Source: Camelus dromedarius (lineage: Eukaryota). From it: a stretch of 64,000 nt of DNA. The stretch spans positions 11,906,001 to 11,970,000 of the forward strand of contig NC_087438.1 in NCBI RefSeq assembly GCF_036321535.1, in the 5' to 3' direction. The translations under genes were made by a program, and so were the position numbers. Of this stretch, positions 52,504 to 64,000 are shown in pieces; the first letter of the stretch is position 1, and each line of letters opens with the position of its first letter. Under the pieces are notes generated by a model. It worked only from the letters and a program-made list of their open reading frames with translations. It did not search any database and had not been told where the DNA came from.

Positions 52504-53267
52504 CTTCCAGCCAGAGATTTGAAAAACAGAGTTAGTTGAAGATCTCAAACGTTATTCATTTACCACAGACAAGTTTGCATGGCTAAGAAATGCTTTAGTC
52601 TTTCTTTTCCAGGACACAGTAAACCCTTTGAAGGAGACGTATGCTCCTTTGCTATGCATATGTGAACTCACGTAATTAGTGTTAATGGTATGTGGCATGA
52701 GGGAAATATAGCTCATCAAGTCAAGGTGGCTAGGCTGCTGGCTCCAAGCTCACATTTCCGGTTAGCCGGCTGATTCTGAACACTTCAAAGTAAAGCAAAG
52801 CCATCATAACCAGCAACCCAATAGAATTTGACATTCTACAGCAGACGGTGCGGCAGCAACATGTCCTCATATGCGTATGTTCTGTACACTAGAAACTAAT
52901 ACAACACTGTAAATCAACTATACTTCTATTTTAAAAAAGAGAAAAAATTAAAAAAAACCTCATTCAATATGGAGAAGGCATCCACTCATCCTACAAATAT
53001 TTATTAACTGCTCCTCCCTGCCCCCGCAATCCCTCATTTAATGTTTCAGTCCCTGTATCTACAACAGTGAACTAAACACACAAATGCCCTATGGGGATGC
53101 TGGCCACACAAGTCACTTCAGAATGCGTCAAAACCAGCCTCACTCATCACTTTCACTTAAGAAATGACACCTGCTCACTCCAACCTGTAAGTTAAATCTG
53201 TAAATTTAAGGGGTGGGGAGTCAATCCCCTCCCCCTCCCCCACCCCGCCCCCCAGACCGCCCCTTAC

Positions 53268-53877
53268 CATCTCCATCCAGGTCCTCCTCACTCTCCTCCT
53301 CCCCCTGCTGCTTCGCCAGCTTCTTTGCCTGCTGTTCAAACCACTGCAGCCGGGGAGGTTTCTCGGCAGGGGCTCGCTGCTGAGTCCCACGTCCTCCAGC
53401 AGCCACGGCCACGGGACTCGGGGACTCCGCCTCGGGCACAAGGGGCGCCTTCTTGGGTGACGTGGACGGCTGGGCCTTGATGGCCTGCTGGATGGCCGCG
53501 TTCACCGCATCCTTGTCCACACTGTCCACGCCCAGCCCTTTCTCCAAGTTCTTTTCATTCATTATCGCCACTTTCCTACTCACCGCCTTCTTCTCCAGCT
53601 CCACATGCCGCCGGGACTTGAGATGGTTTTCGTAGGCCTTGAAGGAGGCAAACTTCTTACTGCAGACGGCGCAGTAGGTGGCCGCGCCCTTGCTCTCCGG
53701 CTCCGCCAGGGCCCGCTGCGCCCGCACCCGCTCCTGGAAGCCCTCGGCGCTGACCGGGGCCATGCCGGCCACTTTGCGCCTCAGGTTGTAGCGGTGCCAG
53801 TCCGTCTTGTAGTGGGCCCGCTGCGCCTCCGCGTCGTACAGCGCCACGCGGCAGGTGTTGCAGGTGTAGGTCGCCAT
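53268..53877 (-). CDS. ZNF622: ZNF622 copy B, coding exon 1 (610 nt)
   Basis: ATG at 53877, MATYTCNTCRVALYDAEAQRAHYKTDWHRYNL...; G|gtaag donor. Confidence 0.96.
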
Positions 53878-53879
53878 CG

Positions 53880-54600
53880 CCAGGCGCGAACTAAGAGGCA
53901 ACAAAGGCAGAAATCTGGGGACCAGCCACCCGACCCTACCAGACGCTCAAACCTCACACGTCAGAACCCACGGAAAGCCAGACTGAAGGCCGACTTCCGG
54001 ACTGGATTGAGGTTAGGCCCAGCCGGGCAGGAAGTTCCGCCTCCCGACCTATAGCCCCGCCCCCCGCGGAGACTCCCGGGAAAGCTAGGATAGCCTGCGG
54101 CTAATTCGGTCTGGCCTAGTTCGCCTGAGGTGAGTGTTGATCGAGTCGCCCGAGGTGGGCGTGGCCTGAGGTGGGTGGGGGCGGCCCCGCCCCCGCTGGT
54201 GTGGGCCTTGGTGATTGTGCAGTGAAGCGGGATGCTGGGAAGGCGACCGTCAGGCCGGAAGGGGGAGTGGGGCACCCGGGGCCGAGAGGAGAGGTCTGTG
54301 CGACCGCGCGGCAGTCCGGGCTTCTCTGAGGTCTGCCCGCTGCGACGCTGCAGCCCGGGAGTGGGTGTCACGAGAGCCAGGGCTGCTGATTAGCTCTCGG
54401 GGGAGCACCTGAGCTCTCGTCCCGCGGGCAGGAGTCCCGGCAAACCGCAGCCTCAGGTCGGAGGTTGAGGGAATTTACAGCAAAAGCCGAGTCCAGGTCG
54501 GAACCTCGGCGTTTCTGCGGCGGCCGGCCCTGCGGAGGGCGCGGGGGATTTCGTGGATGCAGTCTGCCAGCCGGGGGCCCAGGGCCCAGGGCCCAGCCCA
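53880..54600 (-). promoter_or_regulatory. CpG-island promoter of ZNF622 copy B
   Basis: GC/CpG-rich; ETS/GABP-type CCGGAAGT at 53993-54000; GC boxes near 54055 and 54180-54195; no TATA box at the position where copy A has one. Confidence 0.8.
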
Positions 54601-55519
54601 TCCTCTGCCCGGTATAAATAGAATTCCAGTCACATAGCTCATCTTAAATCTAAGAGTAGCCACATTTTTTTAAAAGCAAAAAGAAAGAGGCGAGATAGCC
54701 ATATTTTATTTAACCCAGTATATTATCATCTCAACGTGTAATTAATAAGACAAAGGATTTAATGAGACATTTTACGTTGGCTTGTTGGTACCAAATTTTG
54801 GGTACCAACCCAAGTATGTATTTTACATTTAACAGCACATCTGACTTCGGGCCAGCCTCATTTCATGCGCTATGTTACCTCTGTTGTTTCATAGGTGGTA
54901 GTTCAGTTGTACAGGAAGCATGATGTTAAAGGCTTAGGGAATTCTTACACTTATCTGCACAGCCTTGCTGAACCAGTCAGCCTGTTTCAGAATTGAGCGG
55001 TTGCATGTTTAGAGTCCAAGTGACCCAGGGCACCAAAGAAGATAAAGATGTTTTTTAAAATGCAGGTCAAATCATATTGCTCTCCTTCCTCAAAATCTTC
55101 TGGTGCTTCCCCTGACTCAGAATAAAATTCAGACCCTTTACTGCTATGGTCTGAATGTGTTCCCCCACAATTCATAATTTTTTTCCTGCCTTCTCTAATC
55201 CGTTTCCATGACCCATTTCGGCATCTTTGAACTCTCTAGTTTCCTTACTTACTGTCTTAAAAGGGACATTGTTTTCTCCAGAATACTAATTTTCCAGTGG
55301 ACTGCAATTCTACTGCAATCTCTGAGAGAGCCTTCTCTTCCCTCTTGGTCTACCCTGCGGCACAGAGATAACCACACTAATTCTCCTCAACCATATTTCC
55401 TCTTGTGTCCCTCATTTAGTTCCAGAATGGTTGTCTGTTGCCCACAGGTGAAGTTTAAATTTCTTTGTCTGGTTTTCAGTATCTATTAGAGCCTCTCCAC
55501 CATGCTATCTCCAGGAATA

Positions 55520-56113
55520 CGTGTGTGTGTTTTGTTTTGTTTTTTTCTAGACTACCAAGCAATTGTGCAGCACCAGCTGGGTGTCCTCCAGTTAACTCAA
55601 TTCTAACACTATCTACCTGGAGATGATGTCAGGTCCCACAGGTTAGGTGTTCAGTCCCTCAAGAGTAGTTCCACTTCAGAACCCGACTCCAAGTCTAGTG
55701 TTATGTGTGCTTCTGAACAACTAGCTGTAAATCAGAGGTTTCCATGACCCCCTCCTCAGGTTCGATTAATTTACTAGAGCAGCTCACAGAACTCTGGAAA
55801 CTATTTACTAGATTCCCAGTTTATTACAAAGGATATTAAAGGATGTAAATGATGAACAGCCATATGAGGAGATACATAGGGTGAGGTCAGGAGGTCTCCA
55901 AACACAGGAGATTCTGTCCCCCTGGAGTTCTGGTTGGGACACCCTCTCAGCCAGGCTACCTAGGGGCTTTACAAAAGTCACCTCATCAACGTAAGAAAAG
56001 ACACTTTTTATCACTCTCATCACTTAAGATCTTTCAAGGGTTTTAGGAACTCTGTGCCAGGAATGGGACAAAGACCAAATATCTCTACTTTACTATATAT
56101 CACAATATCACAC
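55520..56113 (-). mobile_element. MER21-like LTR
   Basis: Ends ctctgtgccaggaatgggacaaagaccaaata...cacaatatcaca, the reverse complement of the start of the 18398 element. Confidence 0.7.
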
Positions 56114-57769
56114 TATATAATATCCTACTGGTTTTGAATTAAAACACCCCTGTCTTCAAGGAGATTTTTCTGACTTGTTAAAGATGGTAAGAACTACACA
56201 ATTAACTAATACAATAAAAATGGAGTCAAGTACAATGAAATACAAAGAAAGGGGCAATGAGTATTTAGAATAGAAAAATGTTATCAGGGAGATCAGAAAA
56301 GTTTTCACTGTATATCTGAAATTAATACAATATTGTAAATCAACTATAATTAAATTAAAAGTTTTTATTAAGGAGTTGACATTGCAATGGGTCCTGAGGA
56401 GGGGGAAGTGGTAAAGTGGGGTGGAGCAGGTAGAAGAGATACAGTGGACGGAGGGAAGTAAGGGCATATTCAGGAAGAGTGCAGGTCTGGTTTGTGTGAG
56501 GGAAAAGGTACAGGGAAAGAAGGGGAAAGAGGACAGGGAAGTATTAAGGTATCACTGGGTAAAGAGTTGAATTCTAGAGTTGGCTGTTCGTTTTTCAGCT
56601 GGTAAACAGTAGGACTCTGAAAGTGTTTCAGTTTTTATGGGCATCAGGAATAGACCTGGGCCTTGAGTAGATCCAGCAGCAGTATCTGGAACTGATTGGA
56701 GAAATATCAGAAAGGAACCGGGCTAGAGCCAGTAGCTCCTCGGTAAATGCAAGCCCACTGACCAAGAGAGTTTTGAGTTGAATTTCTCCACAGCATATCT
56801 AGAGCATTATGTTAACGTGTCTAACCTCTGCTGGTAATACTATCAAGAATGTTTATTACCAAATCAGTCATTCTTCCAAAGAAGAATGAGTTTGCCCATG
56901 ATCAAAATTTTAGATCTGAAAATAATGGAAATTAGAATTCCTTCTGGATACTGTGACATAGCCCTTAAAATAATTTGCTTAATTACCAAATTACTGAAGT
57001 TACTGTGCACAGTGACAGTACCCACGATGATGTTCTTTTTCAGCTTGGATGACACTGGGATGGTGATCTTTGATAATTACAAAATTTAAGATAAAAGCTA
57101 ATCAGGTCACCTTCCAGTCAATCTGTACTACTTTCCATATTCCTATATTGCAGGGGCAATGATTTTTAAAGGGATAAGTATAAAGGTGATTGGGTTAGTT
57201 GAGATTAAATTTTAGGGGGTAGTAAATACAGATTGCAAAACTGACATACATTTATTAAGTGGTTTACAACTTCTATGAATTTCGTGTTCATAAAAATGTT
57301 AAGTAAAGCATTATGATTTTGAATAAACCATTTTAAAACATTTTACTACCTCTTAGTTTTTGGATATCTAGATATGCAAAGTTTTCTTAACAAGGGATTG
57401 AAGTTTATAGCAAAATCTGGTTATTGCAGCATTTAAAATAGTTTGGATCAGCTGGCATGTGGATTCTTTGAAAGAAAGAAAAAAACTGAATTAAAAAATC
57501 ATTCTTTAATATTTAGTGAAATTCTGTTAAACTGTTATGATTATCATTCTTAATGTATTTTAAAAAAACCAAAAAACATTAGGTAAGGTGACATATTAGA
57601 AAGAGAACAGGCTTTGGGGGCAAAGTGGCTCTTCCTCTTAGTAGTTATGTGACTCTGGACAATTTATTTGACCCCCTCCTTCTGAAAAATGCCCTTAATA
57701 CCACTTAATTGTAGAGGCATGAGGATTACACACGATCCTAACTGTGACAGTTTTCTACATGTTAGACTG

Positions 57770-58100
57770 AGGATTGACAGACTTTTCCTATAAAGGGACA
57801 GATAGGAACTATTTTAGGTTCTGTAGCCTATGGTCTTTGTCATAACCATTCAGCTTCTCTGTTAAGAGCATCAGACTCGGCATAGACAGAACGTAACTGA
57901 GTGCGGCCCTCTCCTAGCCATAGGTAGTAAATCACTATCTCTGGATACTGAAGTTTAAATTTCATTATCTTTTTCGTATGTCATAAAATATTCACTTTTT
58001 GAACTATTTAAAAATATTTTAAAAATCACTTTTCACTAGTGTCCCATAAAAACAGGCTGCAGGCCCAGTTTGGCTCATGGGCAGCAATTTGCCAACCCCG
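57770..58100. mobile_element. MER58-like DNA transposon
   Basis: acttttcctataaagggacagatag...tttggctcatgggcagcaatttgccaacccc. Confidence 0.6.
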
Positions 58101-60200
58101 GTCTTCAACGTTTAATTCTTATGACATGCTGTGAGGTAGGTGCTTTATCTTAATTTTATAGATGAAGGAAACAGGTACAGATAGGTTCGGTGACTTGAAG
58201 TCCCACAGCCAGTACGTGTTAGAATCATTCAAAATGGCTAATGTAGAACCTTACAGATGTTTCAGAGTCAAGTGAAATAATAGAGAATTTTGCAACCTTT
58301 CCATCCTCTTATTCCACTCTGTTTATTAGATTATAAGGCCAATATGGGACAGGCCCATTAAAAGAAACTTTGCGTTTTTTCTGTAAGCATGGACTTGATT
58401 GAATTTTCTTTTTAATGTTCAAAAAGATGGCTTAGCTGAAAAAGGAAAAAAATCCCTATCTTGGTTTTATACAGCTTTTTTCCCCCTGAAAGGGCTTCAG
58501 ACACTTTTTTTTCTTTCATTCATTCTCAAAACATCCCTGTGTGAGAGAAATAGCTTCCTAATTCTACGTCTGGGGAGACTGAGGTGGTGGTTTTGGGGTG
58601 TTACTGTGACTTGACAGTGTGTCTTACAGCCATAATATTACCAACAGAACTAGAACTCCTAATTCTGACATCCCATCCTAACTTAAATGCTGCAGCGGAA
58701 AGGGAGGAGTAATACGCAGAAGTACAGTTCAGGGACTTTGTGTTCATGATACACACGACCTCTGACAACAGTAGTTGAATGAAGGTTTTCCAGATCACGT
58801 CCTACTTGTAACTGACATCACTGGGGCAGTGTAGGGAACTACATCCACCTAAGTTTTAAACAGAAGAGGAAAACTTCTACATCACCGTCCTCTTAAGTGA
58901 AGATTTGCTCCTGGCCTAAGATCAGCAGTATACTGGCACTTGCCACTTGTTTCAAAAGTAAGAGTGAGATGCCTCAGTGGGTTCAAGATGTTTGCCAATT
59001 GCCAAACGTCGTAAAAGTTTCTTCTCCTAATATTCCATTCAACTGGGGAGGGGTAGTTTTGTTTAAAAAAAAAAAAACACTTCTGAAGTTTTTAGGGTAA
59101 GAAAAGAGTAAAGATGTTTCAGAATGAGAATATAAACACTGAGTTGGCCTTCCAAAACAAGCTTGAACTTGAGCCCTGCTTTACTGTTTCAGACCAAAAT
59201 GCAGGATCAGTGTATGCTTTCCCCATTGTATGATTTTGCTCAGCATTTTCTACCGAATGTGAACAAAACATCTTTCTACAGCTCCTCTATAATTAAGAAT
59301 AAAATCCATGCTTCATATTTTAATGACGCATAAATTCTCATGGTACGGGATATGTAATTTCCCACTGTGCTGGATCAATCATAGGATTCATTGTTAATAC
59401 ACCAGAAATAGGACTACATGTAATGTCCCCCCCAAAAAAAAACTACACACACTGAAAACAAACCTCTCAACATCCCTATGTCTGATAGAATTAAGAGTAC
59501 CATTATTGCATTGTGTAAATTTATAATCACATATGTTCTTGAACAAATACTATTGAAGTGCATGTGTGGTTTTAAAGCTACTGTCCACAGAGAGCTGGTA
59601 TATCTCCCCCATGGAACTGGCAACACATTTTTCTACCCTACCAACCTCCCCATCCCCAAGTCGCTCTTAATTTAGAGTTTATAACATTCGATTCTAGCTT
59701 TATTGTTCATACCATCAAGTCTTGAGTTTGCCTCTTTTGTAAGCGTGTCCAGTGACTTGTAACAGATTCTTTAATTACTTGAATTATTTAACTTCTTGTT
59801 TTCCCCTCAAAGAAGAAACTAAAAATACCTTTATACTTCTTTACTTCATGGCCAAGAATATTTTTAAATGAAGAAACATACACATCAAAAAAAAAAAACA
59901 AAACCTGGTGACAAACTACTTTATAAATATGTGACTGTATTTTTCTTCATGTCCAGAAACTCTTACTGAATAGAATTCAGATATGTCCCTCCAAAACCCA
60001 CACAGTTCATAGATCTAACACCAGATTTTCATTTGTACCATAACAGGCAAGATAATGAAGGCACAAGCTCACTTTAAAGGACATCACACACAGTCATGAG
60101 GCACTAATGACACAGAAACAGAGTCAATCACGAAAAGCAGGTGTTCAGAGTCTTCAGTTACTTCTCCCCTTTAACATTTGGCAAAATTCCGTCTAGATAT

Positions 60201-61370
60201 TTTAATACCTCAGAAAGAAAAAAATAAATAAGAGGTGCTACATTAAAATGTCAGAGGACCTATCATTAGTCTTTAGCAATAGCAAGAAAGGGATAAAATG
60301 AAGGGAGGGGACCACAGATTTCCTATATTCTGGGACGATCCTTCCTTTCTGAGGGCCTCAGATGTCTGTACGCATCTGTCCAAGTGCCAGCTGTACCTGA
60401 AGATTGAAGAGATGGCTGGTAGTTGCTGACATGGTCCCTCAACACGATTCAATGTTTCTATCACAAAAACAAAACTAGCTTGATGTCTGCTCTTGAGTCC
60501 TTTGTTAACAACCTGTCAAATTTGGTTATTTAAAAGTCATCTCAGAAGTTTAAAATAAAGGAAAAATATATTCTGGCTTCCTAAAACGAAACAGACTACA
60601 GATTTAGACTTCAATGGCAAATGAATACACTTGAAAGCCAAGCAGGTCTCCCTCCAGTAGGAGAGTCTACGCAGACTTCAAAAACAGTTACTGTTTCTCT
60701 ATTGCCCATATCACATCGCTCTTAGAACACATCAGGAGCTATTTGCACAGTTTTAAGAGACTTTTTCCATGACATAATATATGACAGATGAGGATTTAAC
60801 CTAGTTCTGAGCAGACAGAATAGATCTGCTCTCACAACATCCCTGTTACAAATATATGACAACTGAACAACAAAGCACAGCCCAATCTCTGTTTACATCA
60901 AAACCACCCACCGTCTACATGATACATGATTACTTGCTGTGGGTTAATAGCACCCACTGCTAGGCTAGAGCTGGCAGTCCGTGGGGCGTGTCATTTACAG
61001 GGAAACCTAAGGTCTGTAACTGCAGAAATCACATGGAAATGTACCAGCCTATTCAAAGTGGTTAAATATATTCTTTTACTTTTTCCTAGGAAATTAATTT
61101 TGGTAGTCTCTCCCAAGTCTTTCAACTAAAGAGACCTTGGTCATTTTTGTCTTTTTATGGTTTCAGGTATTAGGAACAATGGAGTTGATATAGCATGTAT
61201 TCACAATTAATTGTTAACATTTCAGTGAGTTACAATAAGCTGTTTTTGCATGCTTGAAAAATTAACTGTGAAGAAAAAATAAGGAATACTTTTGGGAGGA
61301 TCTCAATAATTGAGTGTTTTCTTTTTGCTTTAAAAACAACCTCTAATATTCAACTCTGACAACACGGTGA

Positions 61371-61417
<47 letters not shown>

Positions 61418-61662
61418 TAAAGTTCATTTCCATGCTCATTACATAAAAATAACTATCAGAAATATCACTCTATCAGTGGTCAGCTGATATATATCCAGTT
61501 AATTCACTGCAGAAGGGAAAAAAAAGATCCAAAAATTCTAAAGTAATCAGTAAAGCTCACAGTTCAAAAAGATTTTTTTTCCTTTTTTTTTTTTTCTTTT
61601 TTTGCTTGTTTGAAATGTTTTGGTAGTTTATCTGTGCTCTGTTGTGCAAGCTGATTCCCAGA
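60201..61662 (-). other. RETREG1: RETREG1 3' UTR with candidate ATTAAA poly(A) signal at 60201-60206
   Basis: AT-rich sequence downstream of the stop codon; the 3' end is inferred, not demonstrated. Confidence 0.5.
61372..61407. repeat. (TA)n microsatellite in the RETREG1 3' UTR
   Basis: Direct observation. Confidence 0.95.
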
Positions 61663-62156
61663 CTAATGGCCTCCGAGCAGATTTGAAAGGAAGCCCGAAG
61701 ACTTCCTGTTTTGCTGGGCTTCTTCCTCCTCGTCTTGTGAAAGTCCCAGTTCACTCTCAATCTGATCGAGCTCTGACTGGTCAAGTAGTTCAAAGTCATC
61801 ACCTTCTTCCGTGTCTGTGTCCTCCCCCAGGCTGGGTGCAGCCTGCGACAGTGCGTGCTGCACGCCCCCTAACTGGTCTTTGATAGCAGCGGTCACTGCG
61901 GCAGTGATGACATCCCCAGCCAGGTTGCTCATCAAGTGAAAGGTCTGGTCACTGCCCAGGGGAAGGGTGAGACCAGCCGCTGACTGCCTCTCTTTGCTCG
62001 GCCTGGGACCACTGTCCAGCTGTTCCTTTTTTCTCCTGAGCTCAGTGGGCAAGCCAAGGCTTAATTCATCTTCATCATTTGTTCCCGTGCCATTTTCTAG
62101 AGAGGGAAAATCTGAAAGGTCTCGAGAGAAAACTTCCTCACTAGGTCGGTCGAGAT
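61663..62156 (-). CDS. RETREG1: Reticulophagy regulator 1 (FAM134B), last coding exon
   Basis: cag|AT CTC GAC acceptor; [23 protein letters not shown]...[22 protein letters not shown]...[13 protein letters not shown] motif DDFELL at 61783-61800. Upstream exons are outside the window. Confidence 0.95.
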
Positions 62157-62932
62157 CTGTGAAGGTCGAGAACAGAAGTTTATACTTAAGCACCGAAATA
62201 CACTGGAAATAAGAGCGCTGTCTGCAAGATCCCTGACTTGGGTCCGAATCCTCTGGGCAACCCTGGTGTTCAGCTAGCCTCCTGGCTCAGCTTCAGTCAT
62301 CTTAATCACACATCGGACCTCTCCCCCAACTGGGATACTGTCTCTCCACACGTACACAAACACGACATTCCCCCGTGTTCTTAGTTTTCCTCTTAAACAC
62401 AAATGCTGATGACTTACAATTAACCTATCTTAACATCAGCTGAGGCTCTGACTAGAGTTTTAAATATTCACCGAAATTTCATCTTGCTCTTGGGGAGGGA
62501 ATTTGTTCTTAAGCCAATGTGAATGTGTATCATCTAAAATTTAAAAATTTTTAGTCGGACGTTTTCATAGGTTTTGGTCCAGCAGATGGTGAGTATCACC
62601 CAGCCTTCGCATTTTCATTCATGGAAATCTGAGTAACTGTAACTGTGTTTGTTTAAAGCAGTGAATTAAAAGAAGCTATTGCTCCTTCTGTTCCATATTC
62701 AACCTAAGAGCTTATGGAAACATCTGGATTTCCATGAATACAGCTGTACCTAACCATACCACTTTAACCAAACTCAGGTCTTGAACATATATAGAAACAC
62801 TTGAAGATTTGGGATATCTGAAAGCAATGTCAGGTTAGTAGGTAGATGGTGATTTTATTGCTTTTCACTTTTCACAGAAAATCAGTATAACAGTTAACTC
62901 TTTATAACAGAGATTTGAATTCTTCAGGTTAA

Positions 62933-63073
62933 CTTTGTTTTTTTTGGGGGGGGGGGTAGGGCAGGAGGTAATTAGGTTTGTTTATTTGCTTATTTTAATG
63001 GAGGTACTGGGGATTGAACCCAGGACCTTGTGCATGCTAAGCACACGCTCTACCACTGAGCTGTACCCTCCCC
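62933..63073 (-). mobile_element. tRNA-Ala-derived SINE (vic-1-like, camelid)
   Basis: GGGGAGGGTACAGCTCAGTGGTAGAGC...GGTTCAATCCCCAGTACCTCC with A/B boxes and an A-rich tail; TSD GAATTCTTCAG(G/T)TTAA at 62917-62932 and 63074-63089. Confidence 0.85.
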
Positions 63074-64000
63074 GAATTCTTCAGTTTAAGTAATGAAAGC
63101 CTTCTACATGGATGCGATTATCTTTGCTCCTTTTGTGTAAATCTGAGATGGGGGGCTTAAGAACAGAGGGTTTGTTATTTATCCTGGTCTCGTAGACATT
63201 TTCAACTTAAAGAGCTTGAGAAGACTTCAGTGATCCTCTTGTTCTAATGTACTTTAAAGATGAGGAAATTGAGGTCCACAGAAATTATGTCATTTGTTCA
63301 AGGTCATACAGTAAGTTAATGGCAAAAGCAAGGCTACACTTGGGTCTCCCAATCTCTGAATCTGTATTTTTTCAAGACTACACGGCCTTCCCCCTTCCTC
63401 AAGGAAAAGAAAGTGTGTTCTTGCTTGTAAAAATATATACAAAGCAATTTATTCATAATCCTCCATTATAATCTGTTTATATTTTCAGTATATTTTTCAG
63501 TACATTAAAATGACTTGAAATAATCCAATGAGACTAGCAAAAGTTAAGTTACTGCATAAGAATTGTCTCAAATTTCACTTTAAATTGTATTTAACCTAAT
63601 TTTTAAAAAGAAAATTAAAAAAAAAAACTAACTTGGAAGAAAAACATGAGAAAGCCTGGAGTCAGCTTTGGATTCAGGAAACCTGCCCTCCCTGCACCGT
63701 CCCTCTGACCAAGGACCAGCCCTGAACACGCGGGATTAGCTTCTGTCCTCGCCGCTCCCATTACTGCTATCAGTAATGCCACCCGACATTCCAGAAGTTA
63801 ATTTTTTTTCACCATCAATTATTTGTTTCCAAAATAAAGGCAGGTTTGGACATTGACTGGCTTAGAGTTTTTCTCTCATACTCTTAAAAAGAAGATGGCT
63901 TTTGAGATATAATTCATATACTATAAAATTTACCCTTTTAAAGTGTACAATGAAGTGGTTTTTAATATATTCACAAAGCTGTTACAACCGCAGCACTATG

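Noticed and set aside
18398..56113. Two MER21-like LTRs upstream of each ZNF622 copy as duplication breakpoints
   Set aside because: Opposite orientation and non-homologous flanks; they look like independent insertions
63003..63073. tRNA-Ala-like sequence
   Set aside because: Head of a SINE with tail and TSDs, not a tRNA gene
1..64000. CRISPR arrays, rRNA, or prokaryotic operon-like systems
   Set aside because: The sequence is mammalian with spliceosomal introns; no repeat-spacer arrays or rRNA similarity seen

Overview
Mammalian genomic DNA, probably camelid, judging by a vic-1-like tRNA-Ala-derived SINE at 62933-63073. The window holds two complete six-exon copies of ZNF622 (Rei1-family pre-60S maturation factor) on the minus strand. 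Copy A CDS spans 12714 to 928 and copy B CDS spans 53877 to 45689. Both splice to an intact 472-aa ORF with identical exon sizes. The last exon and 3' UTR of RETREG1/FAM134B follow at about 60.2-62.2 kb. The two ZNF622 copies are a mosaic of near-identical tracts and strongly diverged tracts, which suggests an old tandem duplication patched by repeated gene conversion. Their promoters differ sharply: copy B has a CpG island with an ETS site, while copy A is CpG-depleted with TATA and CCAAT boxes. Between the copies lie a young, internally deleted gamma-like ERV (near-identical LTRs, tRNA-Thr PBS, in-frame MA-RT fusion ORF), a 5'-inverted L1 nested in an older L1, and many old LTR/DNA repeats. 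All alignments and counts were done by eye, and repeat family names come from recalled consensus sequences.
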